NCBI GenBank assembly: GCA_010365115.1
Contig: JAAFGX010000004.1
Coordinates: forward strand, 14,027-78,026
DNA length: 64,000 bases
From: Paludibacter sp.
Lineage (GTDB): Bacteria > Bacteroidota > Bacteroidia > Bacteroidales > Paludibacteraceae
Direction: 5' to 3'
How positions within the stretch are numbered: the stretch's first letter is position 1; each line of letters starts with the position of its first letter. The translations under genes were made by a program, and so were the position numbers. Positions 1 to 9,228 of the stretch are shown piece after piece. The notes beneath the pieces are model-generated. The model was given only the letters and a program-made list of their open reading frames with translations, searched no databases and was not told where the DNA came from.

Positions 1-9
1 TAAGCATGT

Positions 10-582
10 TCATTCGTCTTCATCATCGGCAAAAAACTTCTCTATTTTTTTTACTGCATGATGATACGATGCTTTCAGTGCCCCAACGGAAGTACCCAGC
101 ACAGCTTCCATTTGTTCGTAGGTAATGGTATCAAAATACTTCATATTAAAAACCAATCGCTGCTTATCGGGCAATGTCAAAATGGCTTTTTGCAATTTAA
201 GTTGAATATCATTTCCATCAAAATAAGTATCCGCTTTAAGATTTTGAATTAATCCTTCGTCTACATCGTCTATCGAATTATGATTTCGCATTTTTTTGTT
301 TGCCAAAAATGTAAGTGTTTCATTTGTGGAAATTTTATACAACCAGGTTGATAATTGCGAATCACCTCTGAAACCATCCAATCCATTCCATGCTTTCATA
401 AAAGTATTTTGCATAATATCATTGGCATCGTCGTGCGACAAAACCATTTTTCGAATATGCCAATAAATGCGTTCCTGATATGCACGAAAAAAAACCGAAA
501 ATGCTTCGGCACGCTTGTTTGGCTGGTTAAGCTGAAATCGGAGTTCTTCGTCGGTTAAGTTCATTTGATTTATCAAAATCAT
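10..582 (-). CDS. ECF-type RNA polymerase sigma-70 factor
   Basis: Region 2 (DANDIMQNTFMKAW...FRGDSQLSTWLYKI) and region 4 (LPDKQRLVFNMKYFD...SVGALKASYHHA) motifs. Confidence 0.92.
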   Translation of the reverse strand: MILINQMNLTDEELRFQLNQPNKRAEAFSVFFRAYQERIYWHIRKMVLSHDDANDIMQNTFMKAWNGLDGFRGDSQLSTWLYKISTNETLTFLANKKMRNHNSIDDVDEGLIQNLKADTYFDGNDIQLKLQKAILTLPDKQRLVFNMKYFDTITYEQMEAVLGTSVGALKASYHHAVKKIEKFFADDEDE

Positions 583-761
583 TTATAGTAAAAAAAATGA
601 TTTAATTTTAGTTGTTTTGACTTTAAAATAATTGTATAGTTTAATTCAACACAAAATTTTATCATTTGGATCATCACAAAAAATTCTGCAAAGCTCTAAT
701 ACAAATTGACGGAGCAACTCAAAAAAATCACTCTATCGGTTGTAAGTATTATACTATGGTA

Positions 762-1565
762 TTATTTTAAAATGCCTTTATTAAAATAGTTGGCCGGAAT
801 GGTGGCGTCTAGTTGAATTTCACCGATTGTCATCTTTGTTCCTTCGCCATCTTTAAGCATATCTTTGTAGACAAACTTCTTTGGATACCAACGATTGTCA
901 ACCCGTTGTACATCTGAAAAAGTTATACGTTTAAGCAGTTTTCCGCTTTTGGCAAACATATCTACTTTTAACGGAACAAATCTTTCCTGATCCACCCACA
1001 TTTTTTGGGCGTAATAATTCACAACGGGTTTAATGGCCGTGAGCGTCACTACCCAACATTTACGGCCATCAATGGTTTCTTCGCTCGTAACATCAGCTTT
1101 GTAGCGTTCCAGCAAGGGCGTATCGTTCATCATATCTTCGTACGACATATCGCTTCCCATAACCGATTGGCGCAACATATGACCGGATATTTGAACAGTT
1201 CGGTCGGTTGTTGGAGAGTAAATCCACAACTGATTTTCGAGTTTGAGCATCTTCGTTCCCTTCTCGCGCGCAGGAGCCAGGTATTCGGTAAATGCCTTTT
1301 TGTCACCAATGCTGTATGACTTGGACTCTATGGTGCGTGTGTTTCGGGCTCCTTCAATTTCCATCTTAGAAGTAATAATTCGCGTTTTAGCAGACATATT
1401 ACCGTCCACTTTATCAAGAACACTTTTCCCTGTCGGATAATTTTGAGCAAATATTAATGCGGGCATTAACAATAATAAGAAAACACCTAAACCCTGAAGG
1501 GGAACTAAGCAATTTTTAAATCCTAATAGAGAATTGAAGTAAGTTTTGTTCGTTTTTGTCTTCAT
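762..1565 (-). CDS. Outer membrane lipoprotein-sorting (LolA-like) protein with repeat-derived N-terminal extension
   Basis: EYLAPAREKGTKMLK, LWIYSP, MGSDMSYEDM and W-V-D motifs typical of the family; signal peptide; follows two LolC/E-like permeases. Confidence 0.85.
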   Translation of the reverse strand: MKTKTNKTYFNSLLGFKNCLVPLQGLGVFLLLLMPALIFAQNYPTGKSVLDKVDGNMSAKTRIITSKMEIEGARNTRTIESKSYSIGDKKAFTEYLAPAREKGTKMLKLENQLWIYSPTTDRTVQISGHMLRQSVMGSDMSYEDMMNDTPLLERYKADVTSEETIDGRKCWVVTLTAIKPVVNYYAQKMWVDQERFVPLKVDMFAKSGKLLKRITFSDVQRVDNRWYPKKFVYKDMLKDGEGTKMTIGEIQLDATIPANYFNKGILK

Positions 1566-1645
1566 ATGATTATATTTATTTCTTCAATTTAAATCTTTCG
1601 TATTCTTATGTTTCGTTGGATAATAAGCAATGTTTTTTTGTCGGT

Positions 1646-2974
1646 TCATCCTTCCAATTCTTTAAATAATGAAGCTGTCTGCCGTTTGTAAATTCCAATA
1701 CCGGCAAGCATGGAGCCAATAACCGTAGAAAGCACCCCTGGAATAAAGCCGATAAAATAAGTGGTGGTGGTGATTTGGGCCCGAATGATACTTGGAATCA
1801 TCATATTTGAATTTCGCATCATATTTCGGGCATCCAGACCATAATGCTGCATCAACCAAGCGAATACCAATCCAATACTTATTCCGATAAAAGATCCTAT
1901 AAAACCAACCAATATTGATTCGGCTATTAGCGACCGATAAATTTCATGTTTATTTTCACCAATTGCCAATCGCAAACCGAATTCACCGTAGCGCCGCAAC
2001 CCACCAACTAAACCTGCATTCCAAAGTACAATGGACATGGCAAAGACAAATATAGAAATGATTATAAGCTGAGCATTTTCGGAATATGCAATCATAAAAT
2101 CCATGCCACTAATACCGCTCATTGGCAACATAGCAAGCGAAAACTGGTCGGTTTTATTGAAGTTTTTTGCATTGAATTCATTCGACAAAGCTACCGCTTC
2201 GGAGTCTACATAAGGAGAATCATTAAAAAAACCCAATATTTCACCCGCAGCATCTTCCATGTTTAATGCTACACGAACATCTTCAATGTCAGCTACAATC
2301 AACCCTTTATCGAGTGCAGAAGTTCCAAAATGTATTGTTCCACACACTGAAAAATTATACATAGCCATATCGCCATACATAGAACTTGAAATAAGAGTAA
2401 CCGGATCGCCCAGTTTTAGGTTCATTTTATTAAACAATTCGTTGGTAATTAAAATTTCTCCACTTTTAGCAGGAAAACGACCGGATAACAGTTTCGATTT
2501 TAAATCCAGTCTGGTAATTTCATCCTGATTTCCCAACATGTGAATGCCCATACCCATCACATTACCCTGCGAACGGGTCATTCCTGTCGAATCAGGCGAA
2601 TCGAGCAATCCGCCAAACTGAATCCGGTCTATCCAAGTCATTTCAGGATAATCTTTATTCAGCTTTTTCATTGCATCATTAATGCCAATGATAGCATAAT
2701 CATTTGGTAGTTGGGACTGATTTTCCTTGTAGGCGCGAGTCATCACTTTTACATGACCCGACGAGAACTTTGCAGTGGTTTCTATGCTGTCGGCAAAGAT
2801 ACCACTCATATACGCTTGCAGAAAAACGGTCATCATTACTCCAATTGACACTACAATTATCGGTAACAGACTGCGTGATCTGTCGCGTAATAGCCCTTTA
2901 AATAAGAAACCCCAAACCCCTAAAGGGGGATTGAAACTAGTATTGGTTACTTTATTTCTTTTATTTTCTTTCAT
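1646..2974 (-). CDS. ABC transporter permease, FtsX/LolC-E/MacB type
   Basis: N-terminal TM, large periplasmic domain, RRYGEFGLRLAIG motif and 3 C-terminal TMs. Confidence 0.88.
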   Translation of the reverse strand: MKENKRNKVTNTSFNPPLGVWGFLFKGLLRDRSRSLLPIIVVSIGVMMTVFLQAYMSGIFADSIETTAKFSSGHVKVMTRAYKENQSQLPNDYAIIGINDAMKKLNKDYPEMTWIDRIQFGGLLDSPDSTGMTRSQGNVMGMGIHMLGNQDEITRLDLKSKLLSGRFPAKSGEILITNELFNKMNLKLGDPVTLISSSMYGDMAMYNFSVCGTIHFGTSALDKGLIVADIEDVRVALNMEDAAGEILGFFNDSPYVDSEAVALSNEFNAKNFNKTDQFSLAMLPMSGISGMDFMIAYSENAQLIIISIFVFAMSIVLWNAGLVGGLRRYGEFGLRLAIGENKHEIYRSLIAESILVGFIGSFIGISIGLVFAWLMQHYGLDARNMMRNSNMMIPSIIRAQITTTTYFIGFIPGVLSTVIGSMLAGIGIYKRQTASLFKELEG

Positions 2975-3114
2975 ATTGTCAATGTTTAAAATTGAAAGTA
3001 CAAGCCAAATTCCCCTTTAGTGCCTAAACTCTCAAATTGATGTGTTTTTTAGCACAATATATTGTGTTTTATTCAGTCACATTAGTTGCAATATTAGCTT
3101 CTTCTTTGTCTTGG

Positions 3115-3576
3115 TTCTTGGTTCTTGATTCTTGGTTCTTGATTCTTGATTCTTGGTTCTTGATTCTTGATTCTTGATTCTTGGTTCTTGATTCTTGATT
3201 CTTGATTCTTGATTCTTGATTCTTGGTTCTTGGTTCTTGGTTCTTGATTCTTGGTTCTTTATTCTTGGTTCTTGATTCTTGGTTCTTGATTCTTGGTTCT
3301 TGATTCTTGATTCTTGGTTCTTGATTCTTGATTCTTGATTCTTGATTCTTGGTTCTTGGTTCTTGGTTCTTGATTCTTGGTTCTTGGTTCTTGATTCTTG
3401 GTTCTTGATTCTTGGTTCTTGGTTCTTGATTCTTGGTTCTTGATTCTTGGTTCTTGATTCTTGGTTCTTGGTTCTTGGTTCTTGATTCTTGGTTCTTGAT
3501 TCTTGATTCTTGGTTCTTGATTCTTGGTTCTTGGTTCTTGGTTCTTGGTTCTTGATTCTTGATTCTTGGTTCTTGA
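3115..3576. repeat. Tandem heptamer array, 66 units of TTCTTG(A/G)
   Basis: Read unit by unit: 33 TTCTTGA, 32 TTCTTGG and 1 TTCTTTA (3255-3261), in constant phase; a degenerate unit GTCTTGG lies at 3108. Confidence 0.97.
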
Positions 3577-3606
3577 TTCAGGCTTTTCCAGATTTGGGGT
3601 TTGGGG

Positions 3607-4866
3607 TCATTTCACTTTCCCTCTAATTGCATCAGTTGGGTTCATTTTGGCAATTTTCCGTGCAGGCAAATAACTGACCACAGCTGTCACAATTAATATA
3701 AAAACCATGGTTCCAATAACAAGTCCAGGAGTAACCGTAGCGTACATCGTGTCGGCCATTGGCACTCCTATTTCACTGGCATCCATATTGAACGAAATAC
3801 CTTTTACCGACATATAAATCAATAAAGGCGTTCCCCAAATTGCCCCTAAGCCAAATGCCAAAATTGCATTAAGAGTTCCTTCCAATGTAAAATGCCATAC
3901 TACTTGTTTCCTGGTCATTCCTAATGCTACCATTGTGCCAATTTCGCGCTGACGGCGAAAAATGGATAAAGTCTGTGTATCGAAAATAGCCAACATTGCC
4001 AGCAAAAGGAACAAAACATACAAAAAACTGGTGCCAATAGATTTAGTTTTTACTAAGAGCATGGTCGATTCAGTGAGTTTTTCCACATTTTTAAAATCCC
4101 AACCAGGTACACTTATCGACTTAATTTCGGGAGATTTAATCAACAAATTAGCACAATTTTCCTGCATGGTCATTAGTTGCAACCTATCCAGCGGTATCCA
4201 AATAATCCCATTATCAATGGTTGGTATTGACGATTTAAAAATACCAACCACACGAATATCAGCTGCTTCGAAAGTTCCGAACTTATCTTTCCAGCGTACG
4301 GTTACCAAATCGTTCATTTTCAATTTGGTTTGCCTGGCCATAAATACTCCAAGTATCGCAGGAATTTCATCGGTTTTTACGGACAATTTCTCTGTTGGAA
4401 TTTTCAATAACTTCTGATCTGGTCTTATTCCTTTTAATAGCACTCCCTGCATCCTACCTTGCGGATAAATACTTCCCTGACTGATTAGAATTGGTTCAAT
4501 TAAATTATTACTAACTTCTTTTTGGAATGCAGATGGGATTTCTACTGCACTTGAATCCAACGAAAAAGGATCATAAGGATCGTATTTGGATTGCCAGTAT
4601 TGTCCATCGGCAATTTCCCATTTAACAGTATCATCTACAGCCTGATTACTCCAACCTTTCAAAATACCTTGTAAAAGTATGATCAGCACAAATGATATTG
4701 AAAGCACAAACACATTCAACCAAGTTTTCAACCCGTTACCAATTAAGCTTTTAAATGCAGTTTTAAAAAGGAATGTGCCCACTAACCCTCTTAAGGGGGA
4801 GTTTGCGCCTAACCCCTGAAGGGAAACTAAGTTAGCATCGTCTGTAATATTTTTAATTTTATTCAT
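3607..4866 (-). CDS. ABC transporter permease, FtsX/LolC-E type
   Basis: RRQREIGTMVALG and LPARKIAKMNPTDAIR motifs; 4-TM layout. Confidence 0.9.
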   Translation of the reverse strand: MNKIKNITDDANLVSLQGLGANSPLRGLVGTFLFKTAFKSLIGNGLKTWLNVFVLSISFVLIILLQGILKGWSNQAVDDTVKWEIADGQYWQSKYDPYDPFSLDSSAVEIPSAFQKEVSNNLIEPILISQGSIYPQGRMQGVLLKGIRPDQKLLKIPTEKLSVKTDEIPAILGVFMARQTKLKMNDLVTVRWKDKFGTFEAADIRVVGIFKSSIPTIDNGIIWIPLDRLQLMTMQENCANLLIKSPEIKSISVPGWDFKNVEKLTESTMLLVKTKSIGTSFLYVLFLLLAMLAIFDTQTLSIFRRQREIGTMVALGMTRKQVVWHFTLEGTLNAILAFGLGAIWGTPLLIYMSVKGISFNMDASEIGVPMADTMYATVTPGLVIGTMVFILIVTAVVSYLPARKIAKMNPTDAIRGKVK

Positions 4867-4910
4867 AATTCGAATTTTCAGTAATCAGTTGTATTATCTC
4901 TATCTCCCCT

Positions 4911-5609
4911 TTAGGGGTTGGGGGTCAATTTATTATCCTCCACAACTTTCCCATCCTGCAAACGAATAATTCTCTTCAGATATCCGATAACTTTTTCATC
5001 GTGGGTAGCAAATATGAATGTTGTTTCCAATTCCTTATTCAACTTTGCCATGGTTTGTAAAATATTATGCGAATTATCAGAATCCAGATTGGCAGTTGGT
5101 TCATCGGCCAACACCAGACTAGGTCTTTTCACCATAGCACGGGCAATAGCTACTCGCTGACATTCTCCGCCTGACAATTGTGCCGGTCGCGATTTTACTT
5201 TATCCGTCAACCCAAGCCATTTGAGTGTTTCCATTACACGTTCCTTGCGTTCATCGGCACTCATATTGAGTAAAAGCATAGGAAACTCTACATTCTCAAA
5301 AACAGTATAAACAGGCAACAAATTATAATTCTGAAAAATAAATCCAAGTTCTTCTTTGCGTAGCTGAGCGGCCTGTTTTGGATTTAATTTTCCTACAGAC
5401 TTGCTTAACACTACCACTTCGCCTTCGGAAGGTATGTCAAGAGTGCCAATAATGTTTAACAAAGTGGTTTTCCCCGAACCGCTTGGACCGACCAATCCGA
5501 CAAACTCACCTTTTTCAAATTCAAGATTTACGCTTTTCAATGCGGTAAAAAATCCGTTTCCCACGGTAAAGTTTTTTACTAAGTTTTTTACTTCTACGAT
5601 TGTTTTCAT
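4911..5609 (-). CDS. ABC transporter ATP-binding protein, LolD-like
   Basis: Walker A GPSGSGKT, signature LSGGECQR, Walker B LVLADEPTANLD, H-loop ATHD. Confidence 0.95.
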   Translation of the reverse strand: MKTIVEVKNLVKNFTVGNGFFTALKSVNLEFEKGEFVGLVGPSGSGKTTLLNIIGTLDIPSEGEVVVLSKSVGKLNPKQAAQLRKEELGFIFQNYNLLPVYTVFENVEFPMLLLNMSADERKERVMETLKWLGLTDKVKSRPAQLSGGECQRVAIARAMVKRPSLVLADEPTANLDSDNSHNILQTMAKLNKELETTFIFATHDEKVIGYLKRIIRLQDGKVVEDNKLTPNP

Positions 5610-5626
5610 ATTTTGTTGTTTAGTTC

Positions 5627-5659
5627 AACTTCTCCAAAGTCTAAAACTTTGGAAAAGTT
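5627..5659. repeat. Palindromic repeat AACTTYTCCAAA...TTTGGAAAAGTT (copy 1)
   Basis: AACTTCTCCAAAGTCTAAAACTTTGGAAAAGTT; near-identical copy at 10283-10314. Confidence 0.75.
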
Positions 5660-5673
5660 AGATGCGATATTTT

Positions 5674-6819
5674 TTAAAAATTATAATTCACCATCAGTTG
5701 TACTCCTTTTCCGGCAAAAATATTAGTTCCCTGTCTCTGCGAAATGGCCAACGGGGTAGTTGGATTCCAAAAACCTATCGCATACCAACTCCAGTTATCA
5801 TAAGTTCTACTCCAACTCACATAATTGAACAATAAATCCGGCCCTGGTACATAAAAAACCATGGCTGATAAATTATCAAGAATTGAAAGTGGATACGTAA
5901 ACATACTACCGATTAAATTTAAAGTATTTCCATTGACTAAAAATTGTTCGCCAGAATGATATCTGAAATACTCAACAGTCACCCCAACTCCATTACCAAT
6001 TGGGAAAGTATAATCTGCACCAATATTCCACATATCCTGAACTTTACTTACAGTTGGAATCAAATTATTTTTTTTGTCGGTAATATTTACGCTCGTTTCA
6101 AACCACAGACCAACTCCAACATCCCACTTTCCATCCAAACCAATGCGTGATTCATCCAACAAATAATCATTATTTGGGATGTTCGAAACTAAATTTGGAA
6201 CATTAATTTTTCTAAAGTTACTACTCAAAGCTATTTCTCCTGCGCCCAGGGGCATTTGAAATCGACCACCCAACTCAGGTTTCCATTGGGATGAGCCATA
6301 CATTTCATATCCTTTCGGATTTTTATTTCCCAGCAAACCCCAAGCCCATAAATTGGCATTGTTTTCAAAAAAATATTTTCCCAATACACCATACACACCA
6401 TCGGTCAATTGCAAAGGATCTCGCACATCCATGCCATCGAACCACATAAGCGGACGAAACATTTTTGCAGTCCCAAAATTTATTTTTTGTAAACCTGCAC
6501 GTACTTCCCAGTTTTCACCCGAATAGCGTGCCCAGACCCTGTATGGTTTGAATTGTCCCATTATTGTATCAAATTGTAATCCCGTGAAATTTATAGAACT
6601 ATTAATATTCAAGGATGCTTCGAAATCAAATTCTGAAAAATCACCCAACAGAGTTGGCACAAATCTGGTACCAAGTTGAATTGGCAATGGCGAACTTAAT
6701 TGACTAACTCCCCAAGTTGTTATTTGTCCGTTGAACATGATTTTTGTTGAATCATTTTGTGCCATTAGACGCAATAGATTCAACAATAACACAAACGTGA
6801 TCTTAATTTTTGAAGCCAT
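5674..6819 (-). CDS. Hypothetical outer-membrane beta-barrel protein
   Basis: Signal peptide, alternating aromatic beta-strands, RAGLQKINFG motif, C-terminal YNF beta-signal. Confidence 0.65.
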   Translation of the reverse strand: MASKIKITFVLLLNLLRLMAQNDSTKIMFNGQITTWGVSQLSSPLPIQLGTRFVPTLLGDFSEFDFEASLNINSSINFTGLQFDTIMGQFKPYRVWARYSGENWEVRAGLQKINFGTAKMFRPLMWFDGMDVRDPLQLTDGVYGVLGKYFFENNANLWAWGLLGNKNPKGYEMYGSSQWKPELGGRFQMPLGAGEIALSSNFRKINVPNLVSNIPNNDYLLDESRIGLDGKWDVGVGLWFETSVNITDKKNNLIPTVSKVQDMWNIGADYTFPIGNGVGVTVEYFRYHSGEQFLVNGNTLNLIGSMFTYPLSILDNLSAMVFYVPGPDLLFNYVSWSRTYDNWSWYAIGFWNPTTPLAISQRQGTNIFAGKGVQLMVNYNF

Positions 6820-6845
6820 AATTTCTAATTATTAATTGTTAATTA

Positions 6846-7430
6846 TTAATTATGAATTGGTTTAACTGGCATTACTCCATAAATAACAAATTGAGATAAT
6901 TGACGTTTCATCGTTTCTGCATCGGAAAATAAAGCCATTACTTCCGGCGCAGTTCCAATTTCCACCATTTTTTGCATCATCAGCATTACAAAATTTATAT
7001 CCAAATCCTGATTCATTTCTCCATTTTTTTGTGCTTCACGAAAAAAATCATTGGTCAGTGTTAGTGAGTCCTGAACAATTTTTGTGTAAAACGCTAAAAT
7101 ATCATCGGAATCGGGATGAAAGAAATCAGCTACAAATTCCATCGAAAATTGATTAGTGGATTTGTACTTCAGAGCGAGCATTTTCTCCATTTTATCCGAA
7201 AAAGTTGCATCCTCATCAATAATATCTTGATAATCAGTCATCGATTCATCTATCATCTGTTGCAAAAGAAAAATAACCAACGCTGATTTATTATCGTAGA
7301 ATGTATAAAAAGTCTTACGGCTTACATTTGCTTTTTTGCAAATTTCATCTATAGTCACTTTTTTAAACCCGTATTTCCAAAATAATTCTTTGGCTTTAAG
7401 TTCAACTTGTTGTTTTTTTGTTAATTTCAT
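6846..7430 (-). CDS. TetR/AcrR family regulator
   Basis: HTH GFKKVTIDEICKKANVSRKTFYTFY. Start moved to MKLTKK (7430) because a TAACTTTG promoter box lies at 7454-7461. Confidence 0.92.
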   Translation of the reverse strand: MKLTKKQQVELKAKELFWKYGFKKVTIDEICKKANVSRKTFYTFYDNKSALVIFLLQQMIDESMTDYQDIIDEDATFSDKMEKMLALKYKSTNQFSMEFVADFFHPDSDDILAFYTKIVQDSLTLTNDFFREAQKNGEMNQDLDINFVMLMMQKMVEIGTAPEVMALFSDAETMKRQLSQFVIYGVMPVKPIHN

Positions 7431-7563
7431 CGTTAAAGTATACATTTTCGGTGCAAAGTTACATTTTTTATTTATATAACACCATTTTGTTACCTAAAGT
7501 TTCAACATTTACGAAATAAATAATTTAGAGCTCTAAATCATCAATCTAAACAATAAAATTTAC

Positions 7564-7571
7564 TATATTTG
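7564..7571 (+). promoter_or_regulatory. Bacteroidota -7 promoter box for recX
   Basis: TATATTTG matches TAnnTTTG, 25 nt before the ATG. Confidence 0.6.
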
Positions 7572-7596
7572 TGAGTCGATTTTTAAATCAGAGAAT

Positions 7597-8058
7597 ATGA
7601 AAAAAGAGTATTCATTAGAAGAATTACTGCACAAAGCGGCATCCTATTGTTCCATTTCGGAACATTGTGTATTTGAAGTTCAGGAAAAACTTGAAGCTTG
7701 GGGGGTTTCTGCCGAAGATAAACAAAAGATTATCGACAGGCTTATCTCTGAAGATTTTATTAACGAAAAGCGCTATTGTAATTATTTCGTTAAAGATAAA
7801 TTTCGCTTTAATAAATGGGGAAAAATCAAAATTTCGTTTGCTCTAAAACAAAAAGGATTGACTAACGAGAAAATCAATTCTGCTTTAGAGTTGATTGATG
7901 ATGGAGAATACGAAGAATTGTTGGCATCAATTTTAAAAACAAAATTGACCGGATTGAAATACGAATTTGAATACGAAAAACAAGGGAAATTATTTCGTTT
8001 CGCACAAAGCAGGGGCTTTGAAAATAATGTAATAGAAAGAGTTTTGCGTACACTTTAA
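7597..8058 (+). CDS. recX: Recombination regulator RecX
   Basis: FINEKRYC, KWGKIKISFALKQKG and LFRFAQSRGF motifs. Confidence 0.92.
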   Translation: MKKEYSLEELLHKAASYCSISEHCVFEVQEKLEAWGVSAEDKQKIIDRLISEDFINEKRYCNYFVKDKFRFNKWGKIKISFALKQKGLTNEKINSALELIDDGEYEELLASILKTKLTGLKYEFEYEKQGKLFRFAQSRGFENNVIERVLRTL

Positions 8059-8123
8059 ACAGAAAAATACTGTAAATAAATTGCAAAACATTATTTACTT
8101 TAAGAATTTTATAAACTACGTTA

Positions 8124-8771
8124 ATGACAAGATATACAGCAAAAGAAGAAAGAGCAAACACCAGAACACATGGATTTGGAATTTTATTCGGCATAATTGC
8201 AGGATTTTTATTAATTCAAAAAGCCGCTACTTCTACAAATTACTGGGCTTTAGCAAGTTTTACAATCTACGCAGTATTTATGACACTTTCTTATGTAACT
8301 TCCACACTTTATCATATCGATAAAATTGAAATCCGAAAGGTTACTCGTCGTAAGTTTGATCATGCAGCCATTTACTTTCACATTGCTGGCACTTATACAC
8401 CGTTTACTTTAGTGGTACTTCGGGAGCAAGGAGCTTGGGGTTGGAGTCTGTTCGCAATTATTTGGACAGCTGCTTTAGCCGGAACATTACTGAGTTTTAC
8501 GCATCTTAAAAATGCAAGCAAGTTAGAAACTGCATGTTATGTTGCAATGGGTTGGGTTGTCGTTATTGCTTTTAAACCACTGATGGATGTTCTTTCGGCT
8601 AACAATTCGATGAACGTACTTTGGTGGTTAATCGCTGGCGGGGTATTTTATACGGTTGGTGCAATTTTATATTCATTCAAAAAAAACGAATTTATGCATG
8701 CAATTTGGCATCTGTTCGTTTTGGGTGGAAGCGTTTGTCACGCATTGGCGATTTGGAATATAAGAATATAA
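8124..8771 (+). CDS. Hemolysin III / PAQR family membrane protein
   Basis: EERANTRTH, STLYH, DHAAIYFHIAGTYTP, HAIWHLFV. Confidence 0.93.
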   Translation: MTRYTAKEERANTRTHGFGILFGIIAGFLLIQKAATSTNYWALASFTIYAVFMTLSYVTSTLYHIDKIEIRKVTRRKFDHAAIYFHIAGTYTPFTLVVLREQGAWGWSLFAIIWTAALAGTLLSFTHLKNASKLETACYVAMGWVVVIAFKPLMDVLSANNSMNVLWWLIAGGVFYTVGAILYSFKKNEFMHAIWHLFVLGGSVCHALAIWNIRI

Positions 8772-8831
8772 CTGCAATTAGTAAACGGTAAACAGCAAAA
8801 CAGGAAATAACCACATTAAACGCTAATTAAA

Positions 8832-9197
8832 ATGGGCGATTACTCATATTTTAATCAAAATTTAAGAGCAAGAACAAAGAAATTTGCTGTTTCAATCATT
8901 CTATTTTATGCAAAATACTGCAAACAAACTGAAGAATTAAGAGTTATTGGGAAACAATTATTACGTTCTGGAACTTCGGTTGCAGCGAATTTCAGAGCAT
9001 TTACACGTGGCAGATATGAAGCCGAAAAGTTCTCCAAACTTTGCATTGTTGTCGAGGAGACAGATGAAACTCAATTTTGGCTTGAGTTGATTGAAGAAGC
9101 AAATCTCTTGGACAAATCAATTTATTTTGAAATAAAAAATGAATCAGATGAACTCATTAAAATTTTCACTGCTACAAAAAACAAAATGAAAAAATAG
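8832..9197 (+). CDS. Four-helix-bundle protein (23S rRNA intervening-sequence protein / bAvd-like family)
   Basis: RTKKFA, KQLLRSGTSVAANFRA, KLCIVVEETDETQFWLELI signature. Confidence 0.9.
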   Translation: MGDYSYFNQNLRARTKKFAVSIILFYAKYCKQTEELRVIGKQLLRSGTSVAANFRAFTRGRYEAEKFSKLCIVVEETDETQFWLELIEEANLLDKSIYFEIKNESDELIKIFTATKNKMKK

Positions 9198-9228
9198 CTA
9201 TCAACAACTTACCGTTTACTGTTTACAA

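Noticed and set aside
3115-3576. Array as a CRISPR locus or a repeat-protein gene
   Set aside because: Units are 7 bp with no unique spacers and no cas genes are present. The open minus-strand frames have no ATG.
8832-9197. Diversity-generating retroelement or rRNA intervening sequence
   Set aside because: No reverse transcriptase, template/variable repeat pair or rRNA sequence in the window.
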